A stretch of DNA of 63,090 bases, counting the filler, from Nemertoderma westbladi (taxonomy: Eukaryota > Animalia > Xenacoelomorpha): assembly GCA_032718475.1 (NCBI GenBank). It is 3 parts of 3 records of this genome, joined end to end, with 100 filler letters (N's around TTAATTAATTAA, not from the genome) between each part and the next. Parts side by side here need not be neighbours in the genome. Positions count along the whole stretch, not along the records: positions 1 to 21,233 come from JAUCBJ010002552.1; 2 more parts are not named here. One strand, written 5' to 3'. Of this stretch, positions 1 through 9,858 are shown piece by piece (position 1 is the stretch's first letter; each line of letters starts with the position of its first letter). The notes under the pieces are model-generated. The model saw only the letters and a program-made list of their open reading frames with translations, did no database searches and was not told where the DNA came from. Both the position numbers and the translations under genes were made by a program.

Positions 1-99
1 AGAGTATTGAATATTGAATATCTTCGGCCGTCATCCCGTTGGTGACTCCATTGGCAACCATTTCGACAGTTTCGATTGGTTTCGGTTCTTCAGTCCCCG

Positions 100-385
100 A
101 ATAGACCGATGGCGGCGTGGTTGCTGTCCCCATGACTGAGGCTGCATTACCAACCAAAATTGCCATCTCCAGGCGCTGGAGCAGAAACTGGTGTGACCGC
201 GGTTCGTGGGTGGCACTGTGGAGACAAGCCCCGATCTCCCGGAGGAAGGTGGATGTCTCTGGACCGGGGCGGCCAAAGGTCTCAAAGGCAACGGGGTGAA
301 AAGAGTTTTTAATGCGCACCGCCCCCTCAGCTGAGTGCCCCCCAGCAATGATGGTTTGTTGAAGGTGGCTGGGGGCCAGTGTATC
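100..385 (-). mobile_element. 3' fragment of a CRE-like (RLE endonuclease) non-LTR retrotransposon
   Basis: Manual minus-strand translation gives TLAPSHL...FHPVAFETFGRPGPETSTFLREIG...FLLQRLEMAILVGNAASVMGT, the typical C-terminus of CRE-clade restriction-like endonucleases; the frame is disrupted. Confidence 0.7.
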
Positions 386-1574
386 TAGTAATAATATCGC
401 AAAGATATGATTAGGTAGGCCTACGTGATAGTTTCTCAAACCAAATCTATCCATCCATTGACGTCCAAATATATCCAATTTCTCAATCCATACTAATCAG
501 TATGTACTAATGTACGCTGTAATGCAATAATGTCAATGTCCAACCAAACAATGAGTTGAGTGTTATCGGACCAGCCTCCGAGAAATGTTAGGCTAACGGC
601 ACCTCGCTCTGTCGCATCTAGTTTTTGTAGTGGTCTAGTTCCAAGTTCCAGGCTACCAGAATTTGTTAGTGGATGATATAGAATCAGAACATCCTGACAT
701 CTGTGCAACTCCTGAACTCAGGCGAGCATTTTACAGATGGTGGTCTAATTTATATGGTCTTGTACCGCGAAACCGTGTATTATTTACAGATGTAGGCTAA
801 ATTTCGGGTCTTGTACCGTGCACAGTACTGGTGGGCCTACACAGCTACTGCTATTTTGCCTAATACAGGTCCCAGAGGTAAATCCTTACCCCACAGGCTG
901 TTACCTCTCTGACTGACAGCGCAACAGCCCTCTCTCCCAACCAGCCCTCTAGAACTTGCGCACTCTGGCTGCCCGCAGACTCATTGGAGCGACCTTCGGT
1001 CAATCCTCTAAGTCGTAGGACAAAGCAGCAGCTTGCAAAATAGCGTGAAGCTGCACCAAGTTTATTACGACTGTTTTAGCAACCTATTTTAATTTTAGAC
1101 CTTTTTTGACTGTTATGTATTTTAGCCCAGAAACGACTAAAATACTACATTTTGTGTATTATCCTTTTGGTTAATTATTTGGATTGTATAATTTTTCGAT
1201 GTTATACTTTGGTTCCTAACGGACCCAAACCACCCCTCATCCGGTTTCTCTTTTTCCCTCTTCCCAGAGGTTTTTCTATGGTGTTACGTACCGTACACTA
1301 TTTTTTATACCAATGAAGACATTAATAACATCTGGAAAATAGAAATCACTGTGATTTAGTACTATCTTGAAACGGTTGAGGAAGTCCGTAAATAACAAGT
1401 CGTTGAAGGACCGTGTTCTATGCGAGCTATTTACAAGTCAGTCTTTCCGCCGAGGAGAAACCAAAACAGTAAACGAGTGTATTAACATTAGGAATTATTT
1501 TTGAGATACTTAAAAAGCCGCTTAGGATCGTATTGTGCTGAAAGGCACGATAAATCCTTTACACCGCTGCGACG

Positions 1575-1940
1575 CGCCTGTCTGTAACTGGCAGACAGGC
1601 GCCAGCAGTCTGTTTGTTACTGGTAGACAGGCGCCAGCAGTCTGTCTGTAACTGGTAGCTAGGCGCCAGCTGTCTGTAACTGGTAGCTAAGCGCCAGCAG
1701 CCTGTCTGTAATGGATAGCCAGGCGCCAGGCAGTTTGTCTCTAACTGGTAGACTGGCGCCAGCAGTCTGTTTGTAACGGGTAGACAGACGCCAGCAGTCT
1801 GTTTGTAACTGGTAGACAGGCGCCAGCAGTGTGTTTGTAACTGGTAGCCAGGCGCCAGCAGTCTGTCTGTAACTGGTAGCTAAGCGCCAGCAGTCTGTCT
1901 GTAATGGATAGCCAGGCGCCAGGCAGTTTGGCTCTAACTG
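1575..1940. repeat. Minisatellite, ~31-32 bp unit, ~11-12 copies
   Basis: Tandem AGCAGTCTGTYTGTAACTGGTAGACAGGCGCC variants. Confidence 0.9.
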
Positions 1941-2196
1941 TTAATCATAAGAATGTAATTTAAAGTGATAAATTAACATACAATGGTATCTACACTAAGG
2001 TGTAGTTACTAATAATTGTTCTATAAAGGTTTTAATAATTGCCGCCTTTGATTGCCTTTATGAGACTTTATTCATTGCATAAGTAATTGCCTTTGTCAAA
2101 AGTGTATAAATAGGAGGATTTTTAGGGCATTAAAACCATTCTTTAACAGAAAATTATCTTAACTTTAGTTACAAGTTATTTACAAATACTGTAAAA

Positions 2197-4380
2197 ATGT
2201 TACCGGTAAGTCTTAAACTATTTTCTCTGCTGTCAGCTCTTTTCCTTTCGCCAGTAAATCCAACAGGCGTCTGCGGCGATAAAGAAGGGAAGTTGTACCT
2301 CATCAACTTTGGGTTGGATGTTCCCTTATGTGACGATGGAAACAATGGAACTAAATCCGGTTTGATTCTAGAACAGGTTAGTTTATTATTTAATTCATAA
2401 AGTATTCATTTAGCTTTTTTATCGTAATTTTTCATTTAATAATTTGCTGTGATAATATAACCCTCCTCTATGAATAGTGTTTGATTTATTCTTCAAAGCA
2501 GAGAAACGTTTTCTCACAGAATAATTCCATTACCTAAATAAAAGGTTAGCATCCTAAAGAGAGTGACAGCGCAGATATGACTGTAGCCAATAGCCAGTTC
2601 CTCACAAACCGTCTGTTATTTATTCAATTCAGGATTTATTTTTGTTTTTGTCGAGTATTGCAGACTAGTTTGCTATTCTGTGTTGGAATATCCATATTGG
2701 GTGTCCAGTTGTCCTTTTTGGTTCTCCAGTTGTCCGTATAGGTTATCCGCGTCTCCGACCATTTGATGTTCCCTTGTCCACAACAGGTCTCCCCATGTCG
2801 CGTTGGATATCCGTCTGTCCAACCACGTCTGTTTCCCTGTCCACGTTTTATTCCCATGTCCATGTTTGCACTCCCGTTGTCCCCACACTATAATCAGCCA
2901 GTTTGTCCCCAGCTCATATCAGTTGTCCCCAGCTCATATAAGTTGTCCCCAGCTCTTACCAGTTGTCCCCCAACTCATATAAGATTTCTTGTAATATTGT
3001 AATGCGGTGGACATTTTAACATTTTCTGCCACTCCCTCTTTTTGGAGTAGCATGTAAAATAATATTAGCGATCATACAGTAACACTTAATAACTTAACCA
3101 CTTAAAAACAATACCATAATATTCCATATTATACCATATTATTCTTTCATCAATAGCTATTTATAATTTATTTATTATTACAGGCTAATAATGATGGACA
3201 ATGTGGAGCCATTAATGTAAGTGTATTAGTTATATTAAATTATTATTATTATTTTATATCCGCAGTATTGAATCGCACATTTTCAACATTAAACTCAGAT
3301 TCACCTGTAATGATTGGACTGGGAGGAAAAAGTTGTGAACAATGTAAACAATGTACAATCAATAATATTTTTCTTCCCAATAAATATGATCTGAACAAAG
3401 TCTTATTTTCTTATCGTTACAAAGATTTTTATATAAAGCAGACATCACTAATTATACTAGCCCACATAAAGGCGGCACAGTGCCGTTTTCAAAATTTGTA
3501 ACTCTTTCTCATTTGAACCTCATGTGCGCCTCACTGCCGCCTTAATCATTTGTAACATAATTATTTGCTAAATTTATTTCCATGCGATTTCATAGATATT
3601 GTAAGTGGTGAAAAGTTGAGTTGAATTTGTAAAAATTTATAAAAATATTTCCTAACAGGTTACAGAATTGGAAGAACAGAATAGAGTTGAAAGAAAATAT
3701 TACACAGTTGAGTGACCAAGTAATCGATATAAATACAACCCTAACTAACCAAGTCGATGAGCTAAAGAACGTTGTTAGTTTCTTTAGCCAATTCTTGTTT
3801 GGGCAGGAGATAAAGATTCAACAAACAGTTGATGGTCCGGAGATAAAGATTCAACAAAGAGTTGATGGATCTGTTGACTTCTATCGAAACTGGGATGAAT
3901 ATGTTGATGGATTTGGCGACTCGAATACCAATTTTTGGATGGGGTTGGAGACGATCCACAAGCTGAGTGAAGGCGGGGTGAAGTTGAGAGTCGATTTGTG
4001 GTACACTGGATGGGGGTGGGATGTTAAAACCGACCAGCGGGTGAATTACACCAACGAACACCGATACGCGGAATACAACAACTTCTCTATCGGATCAGCT
4101 GCAACTAATTACACCCTACATGTATCCGGTTACCATGGTACTGCTGGTGACTCATTGGAGTATCACAACGGTCTCCCATTCTCTACCAAGGACCGCGATA
4201 ATGACGAGTAGACGACTCACAACTGCGCCGTAGAACTTACTGGGTCGTGGTGGTACAACTGACTGCGCGGCCAGTAACTTGAACGGAGAATATGGTGCGG
4301 AGTGGATGAAAGGACCTTATTGGTTTTATTTTACTGGAGTGAATCCGGCTTCTCGAGTTGAAATGAAGATTTTGATTTAG
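2197..4380 (+). pseudogene. Fibrinogen-related domain (FReD) secreted protein, probable pseudogene; exons 2197-2376, 3184-3216, 3659-4380
   Basis: Signal peptide MLPVSLKLFSLLSALFL; phase-0 GT/AG introns; coiled coil followed by FReD motifs QRVDGSVDFYRNWDEYVDGFG, FWMGLETIH, FSTKDRDND, NCA..GSWWYN, SNLNG, EMKI. Lesions: frame offset near 3686, in-frame TAG at 4209-4211, +1 nt at ~4260. Confidence 0.85.
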
Positions 4381-4889
4381 TGAAACTGTAAGATTTATAT
4401 AAAATTACTAAATAATTCCAATAGAGTTGCGTTGGAAACTAACTTTTACATTTAATTATAAAATATATAAATAATATTAATATATAATATAACAAATAAT
4501 ATAATATAAATATAATATATATATTATAAACTAGTATAGTAAATAAAATAAATAAATAAATAAAATAGTAAATAGTAGTAAATAATAGAAAATAATAAAA
4601 AAATTAATATAATAATAAATATTAAATAAAATATTTATATAAATATAAATAAAATATAATTATATTTGGGTGAAAAGTTAATAATAATTATTAATAATAC
4701 TGTAGTTCCGGAATAAATATCGTTTTTTACTCTAAAATTATTGACGTTAACGTTTTTATTATTTATTTTACAGTTTGAATTCCCAATGAGTTGTAGAAGA
4801 GATACTGTACCTTGGTCTACAGTTCTATATGATTCATTAAACACAACTGATATATGTTACTAGTTTATATGTTATATGGTTATGGGTTA

Positions 4890-5162
4890 TATTAGGTTAT
4901 TGGTTAATGTTTGGTTTAACCCCTTCCATATATGGTTATTGGTTTATATTTGGTTAACCCCTTCCATATATGGTTATTGGTTTATGTTTAGTTTAACCCC
5001 TTCCATATATGGTTATTGGTTTATGTTTAGTTTAACCCCTTCCATATATGGTTATTGGTTAATATTTGGTTAACCCCTTCCATATATGGTTATTGGTTTA
5101 TGTTTGGTTTAACCCCTTCCATATATGCTTATTGGTTTATGTTTGGTTTAACCCCTTCCATA
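4890..5162. repeat. Minisatellite, 39 bp unit, ~7 copies
   Basis: Tandem TTAACCCCTTCCATATATGGTTATTGGTTTATGTTTGGT. Confidence 0.9.
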
Positions 5163-5707
5163 CTGAAGAGAAAATAAAGGCCTCACCTAGATCACTGAAT
5201 GTTTTCTTCTTTAATATAAATTCCCCATGGCAATATTTATGTAATAACAGAGCACCTAAACTAATTATGAGAATATATATGCTACATTTATCGACCTAAT
5301 AAACTTTTTTTAAAGAAATTCTATAAGATAAATGTTAAAGAACTGCCGAAACCCTTTCGAATGAGCCTAAAAATCAATAGATTTGGTTTAAAAATGGCGG
5401 AGGAGTAGTTGTGTTTTAAAAATGATAAACGTCATTCTGAGATAATTGATTTTAAAGGCTGAACCTTCCCGCGCAAAAACTGTCTGCTAATATGTGAGAA
5501 TGTCTGTCAATACTTTTCTATATTTTTATATTTTTTAATTTCTTCGTATTAACCCGCCTCCCACCCCTTAATACGGAGAAATTAAAAAATATAAACATTC
5601 TTCATATGTAAAATGTCAATAAAATTTCGACCTAAAAGTGCAAACCTTATATTCTTTACATGGGCGCCAAGGACTGCCATATTTGGTACACTACAGTATA
5701 ATAATTA

Positions 5708-7040
5708 TCCTCCTAACCCGCGTCATCCCCAATGCAACGGAGCACTTCGGGAAGCTGGAGGAGACGGTGCAGCGGTTCATCGCCAAACTGCTCGACAGGC
5801 CGTCGCTATCGGCGGTTGAACGCCAACTAGTCTCCCTCCCAACTCGGGATGGCGGATTGGGTATCCCGGTTCCTTCCGACTTGGAGACGCAGTACGACCA
5901 CTCGCGCCGAGTCTGTGAACCGTTCGCAGATGCGGAGTCGATGGCAGCGGTGCGGACTGAACAGAGACGGATCGTGACCGAGGTGAAGGCGGAGTCCGTA
6001 ACATCGTCTCGTACTAAAAGGGAACAAGTATACGCCCAGTTACCCACAGACCAACGCAAACTGTGTGAACTCACAACAGAAAAAGGTGCGTCAGCTTGGT
6101 TAAACTCCAAGCCACTAACCCTACAAGTTACTCACCTGAGTAAAGAAGGGTTCCGGGATGCGGTGTGTCTCCGCTACGGTTGGTGTCCGAAGAATCTACC
6201 ATCTCGTTGTGCCTGTGGGGCGCGATTTTCTGCAACCCACGTCCTGTCGTGCCCAACTGGAGGTTTCCCCTCCATCAGGCACAATGAGATACGTGATTTC
6301 GTCGCCAACTCGCTCACTGAGGTCGCCTACAGCGTTGCTGTTGAGCCGATGCTCCAGCCGTTATCCGGTGAAACTTTCACCCATCGTACCACCTCGACGG
6401 ACCAGCAGGCGAGGCTGGATGTGTCTGTGAGCGGCTTCTGGGGAAACCGATTCCAGCGGTCGTTCATCGACGTGTCCGTGTTTAACCCGCTGGCGGCGAC
6501 GAACGCGGCTATGTCCCTAGACGCAGCGCACGGGAGGTGGAACATTCTACTTTCGTCCCCCTCATATTCTCGGCCTTTGGCGGGATGGCGCCGACCACGC
6601 GCCAGTTTGTTAAGCGCCTGGGACAGAAGCTCGCGGACAAACGCGAGGTCAGGTACTCGGAATGCGTCACGTGGATCCGGCGCAAGTTAAACTTCGCGTT
6701 GCTTCGTTCCTCCCTGCTCTGCCTTCGAGGTTGTAGGTCAGCCTCTAAACGGCCGGTTCATTGTCCAGTGTCTGATGCCTCCATTCGGTTGGACAACGCC
6801 GACACTGAGCCGTAGCCTGGTAGTACAGCGCAGTCGTACAGGCCTACAATAGCTGACCAGTAGGCCTACAACATAAACAACCAACTGTTTTGAATTTCCC
6901 CCTTACATCCGTATCACTGTACCTCATTGTATAAATCAGATTTGGTGATAGGGTGTAATAGTGCAATTTGAAATCCATTGTATCAACTATGTTATTATAC
7001 TATCATTCTCACCCAATCAAAAAAAAAAAAAAAAAAAAAA
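5708..7040 (+). mobile_element. 5'-truncated CRE-clade non-LTR retrotransposon (RT C-terminus, zinc knuckle, RLE endonuclease) with poly(A) tail and ~15-bp TSD
   Basis: ORF motifs SLPTRDGGLGIP, KGASAWL, FRDAVCLRYG, CACG..HVLSC, RHNEIRD, ARLDV..FW, FVPLIFSAFGGM; poly(A) at 7019-7040; TSD ACAGTATAATAATTA at 5693-5707 and 7041-7055; apparent small deletion/frameshift near 6530. Confidence 0.9.
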
Positions 7041-7182
7041 ACAGTATAATAATTACTGCCTGAAATATTATATTTACCTCCAGAGAAGGTGTGATTCCTT
7101 GTGATTTCCTTAACCTTGGCAGTTCAATTAATGCAGAGCATGTCTTTACTTTATTTCGCATTCGGTTGTTTTATACTGGATC

Positions 7183-7711
7183 TGTTAGCTTATCCAATTC
7201 CGCTAACACAAACCCATAGAGTGAGCCATAAAGCAATATTGGGAGCACGAGGTTGATTACCAATCAACCTCGTGTCAGCCCAGTAAACGGGGACAATAGG
7301 CCCCAAAGGAGACACACACAATAGGGGTCAGGGGCCAAACCCCTAACCGAGAGAGAACACAGGGAGTGAAGGGAAACACTCCAAAGGGTGCCAACAGGGA
7401 TATCAACCAATCAGAGGGGGGAAAGGCATCGATTGAGTAGCAATAAGGCCACCGTGCAATATAACCAGTAACCTGTAATCATTCATTCAGTTTACTCAAT
7501 CAGATCAGTAGGGTGGAACGGGGACTTCTGTCACCGTCCGCTACCGCCATTATATATTACCTGTTGTGTCATACTATACTATATCAACTATCAGACTATT
7601 ATACCTTTATACATATTACCCAACATCAGAACTCTTTTACCTTTCACACACGGCGGGGACGCGTGGATAGAAAACCCAACGGATAAACCGGGATCCGTAG
7701 ATCCCGTCACA
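7183..7711 (+). repeat. 5' LTR (529 bp)
   Basis: TGTTAGC...GTCACA; near-identical to 15707-16230; TATAA at ~7459 and Inr-like TCAGT downstream. Confidence 0.95.
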
Positions 7712-9554
7712 GTGACAGAAGTCCCCGTTCCACCTCGTCTTTCGTCCCAAGCGATCTCCGCGGTCTATGGAGTCGCTGGTAGGCGAACTTCTCTACGTTG
7801 CTCTCCCTGTTTACGTCGATCTCTCCGCCCCTCTCGGGCATCGTCTCCCCGAATACTATCCGTGGTGCCGTTCCCGGTTGCTCGCCCAACCTGATGGTGC
7901 TCCCCGCGAAATCCATCGCCGGCTCCTCGTGCACCCAGGTCCGCTTGCCGGATCTGTTCCAGAAGGCCCTCGCCCCACTGGCCGTCACCACCCTTCCGCC
8001 AACCCAGTCCGTGTCCGAGTGGCCTATCCTTTCGATGGGCGGCATCTCTCCGAACTCGTCGTCGTCGTCCTCCTCTTCTGGTAGTGTCTCCAATCCCGGT
8101 ATCCCGATGGGTCCACTATGTCCCTTCCCGCCTTGGCTCTCGCCCGTAGCTCTCCATCCCTCTAGCTCCCTTAACTTCCTTGGCGGTTGGTCGCCCTCGG
8201 CGCCCGCTGGTATGGGCATCGTTTGCAACCCCGACGTCGACTGTTTCAGCGATCCCACCATCCATCCCAATTCTCGCCCTAGAGACTCCCCTGAACTCCC
8301 TGACGAAGTCCAATGAAGTTCGTCTAGGCCCGCCTGTTCCTCGAAGCCGTAACTCTGTGCCCTGGCCTCCTCTTCCCTCTCCTCTGCTTCTATCCTCTCC
8401 CGTCTAGCGACTTCTTCCAGTCGCTTTGCTTCTCGTCTGTCCGCCTCTAGCTGCTCCCATCTCTGATACGGTGTATCCGTCTCCCCGTCTACCAGATGTC
8501 GGCTGTTGTAGTACACCGACTCGCCCTTCAGCCCCGGGTGGTCTACCAGACCGTCAAAGGCCGTCTTAAAGGCTCTCCTGTAGCTTAGGGGTGATCCCGA
8601 TAACAGAAATGCCCCTGGTTCCCTTTCGATAACTACGGTCATGAATAAGTTAAGCAAACTTATCATTATCCAGTCCTCCTGCAGGATATATCGCTTCTGA
8701 TATACCTTTATCGCTCCTCTGCGAAACTGATATACCTCCTGCTTTCCCGGTCTCGCTCCCCACTTCAGCGAGTTCGCTAGTTCTGCCCCGTATTCTTCCC
8801 TAAACTTTCCCCAGTCCATCGGTTTGTGGCATACGAGCCCCAATAATTGGCCCATCGCCACAGCCCCGCATTGGCCTGTGTTCTCGACTACCCCCAATCC
8901 ATCCGGTGCCGTCATAGCCATAAAGACTTTCTGCATATCCAGGAGGTTGGTGGCGTCCGGACCGATGATCCTCTCCGCGTCCTCGCGAATCGCCGATCCC
9001 ACTTTCGTCGTCGACTTCTCCCTTACTAAGACTTGTACCGCTTTCGGTAATCGGTCTAATTTCGGCCCGTCCTTCTTCCCATACGTCCCTAGGTCGAATA
9101 AGAAGATGTCCCCATTTGGCGCGGCCAAATGTAGGAGTATGGTCCTGGCCGACCCTGCCGTTCCTCGCCTCGAACCCGCTTCGTCTTCCACGGTTCCCTC
9201 GTCATCTAGGATCATATATCCTCCTCTGTTGACGGACTCTATGAATCTTTTCCAGTCCTTCCTCGGCGATTCCCTCGGATACTTCGGAATCCCGAACTTT
9301 GCCTCGTCCCCTTTCACCACGTAGTGGAAGTGTTGGAAGATCGCGTTGTCTAGTGACGGGGTCCCGTAGGTCCCGACCAACCGCTGTTCGTGCGCCTCCC
9401 GGAAGTGATCCTGCAGCGCTCGTGCCGCGTGACCCCTTTCCAACCTCTCGTAGTATCCTCTCGTCTTCTCTTCCGGGTGTCTTTCGGTGAAATCCACCAA
9501 TATTTCTTTTCCTCCTGACTCCGCCTTTCTCTTCCTGATCAGCTTACTCGCCAT
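7707..9554 (-). CDS. Antisense ORF (~615 aa) with DnaQ-like DEDDy 3'-5' exonuclease domain (WRN-exo/EXD/Mut-7-like), coiled coil and acidic tail
   Basis: ExoI MILDDEG; LLHLAAPNGDIFLFDL; LPKAVQVLV..KVGSAIREDAERI (ExoII); NLLDMQ; YQKRYILQED (ExoIII). Uninterrupted ORF; ATG at 9554; basic KLIRKRK near the N-terminus. Confidence 0.75.
   Translation of the reverse strand: MASKLIRKRKAESGGKEILVDFTERHPEEKTRGYYERLERGHAARALQDHFREAHEQRLVGTYGTPSLDNAIFQHFHYVVKGDEAKFGIPKYPRESPRKDWKRFIESVNRGGYMILDDEGTVEDEAGSRRGTAGSARTILLHLAAPNGDIFLFDLGTYGKKDGPKLDRLPKAVQVLVREKSTTKVGSAIREDAERIIGPDATNLLDMQKVFMAMTAPDGLGVVENTGQCGAVAMGQLLGLVCHKPMDWGKFREEYGAELANSLKWGARPGKQEVYQFRRGAIKVYQKRYILQEDWIMISLLNLFMTVVIEREPGAFLLSGSPLSYRRAFKTAFDGLVDHPGLKGESVYYNSRHLVDGETDTPYQRWEQLEADRREAKRLEEVARRERIEAEEREEEARAQSYGFEEQAGLDELHWTSSGSSGESLGRELGWMVGSLKQSTSGLQTMPIPAGAEGDQPPRKLRELEGWRATGESQGGKGHSGPIGIPGLETLPEEEDDDDEFGEMPPIERIGHSDTDWVGGRVVTASGARAFWNRSGKRTWVHEEPAMDFAGSTIRLGEQPGTAPRIVFGETMPERGGEIDVNRESNVEKFAYQRLHRPRRSLGTKDEVERGLLSL
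7712..7734 (+). promoter_or_regulatory. Putative self-priming primer-binding site complementary to LTR 7512-7534
   Basis: GTGACAGAAGTCCCCGTTCCACC is the exact reverse complement of GGTGGAACGGGGACTTCTGTCAC (7512-7534); it directly abuts the LTR end and lacks the TGG of a tRNA PBS. Confidence 0.75.
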
Positions 9555-9858
9555 TCCGAACACTACACTCGCTCACCTGCAGGGTGGTGCCTTACCAAGG
9601 CGCAATACAGATGAGTGAAGTATTTAAGATGTTTCGTACAGTTCGATAATGGCCTACTTTCTACTTAATTGCGCCTTTCAAGCTAAATTTAACCTAATTA
9701 ATTTCGGAGCTAGTAAATCAGCCTAATTTACAATTTCCGTCCGTTACTTTTATTATGTTCTAGAACGATTATGTTCTAGTAACTAATTCCGAGCTGCCAC
9801 CCCAGTTAAACTCTAAGAACTACACTGCTAGCTAGCCGAACTCCACCGACCACACGAG

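Noticed and set aside
2636-3002. Short ORFs in the FReD intron
   Set aside because: Degenerate TTGTCC-rich repeat with no coding signature.
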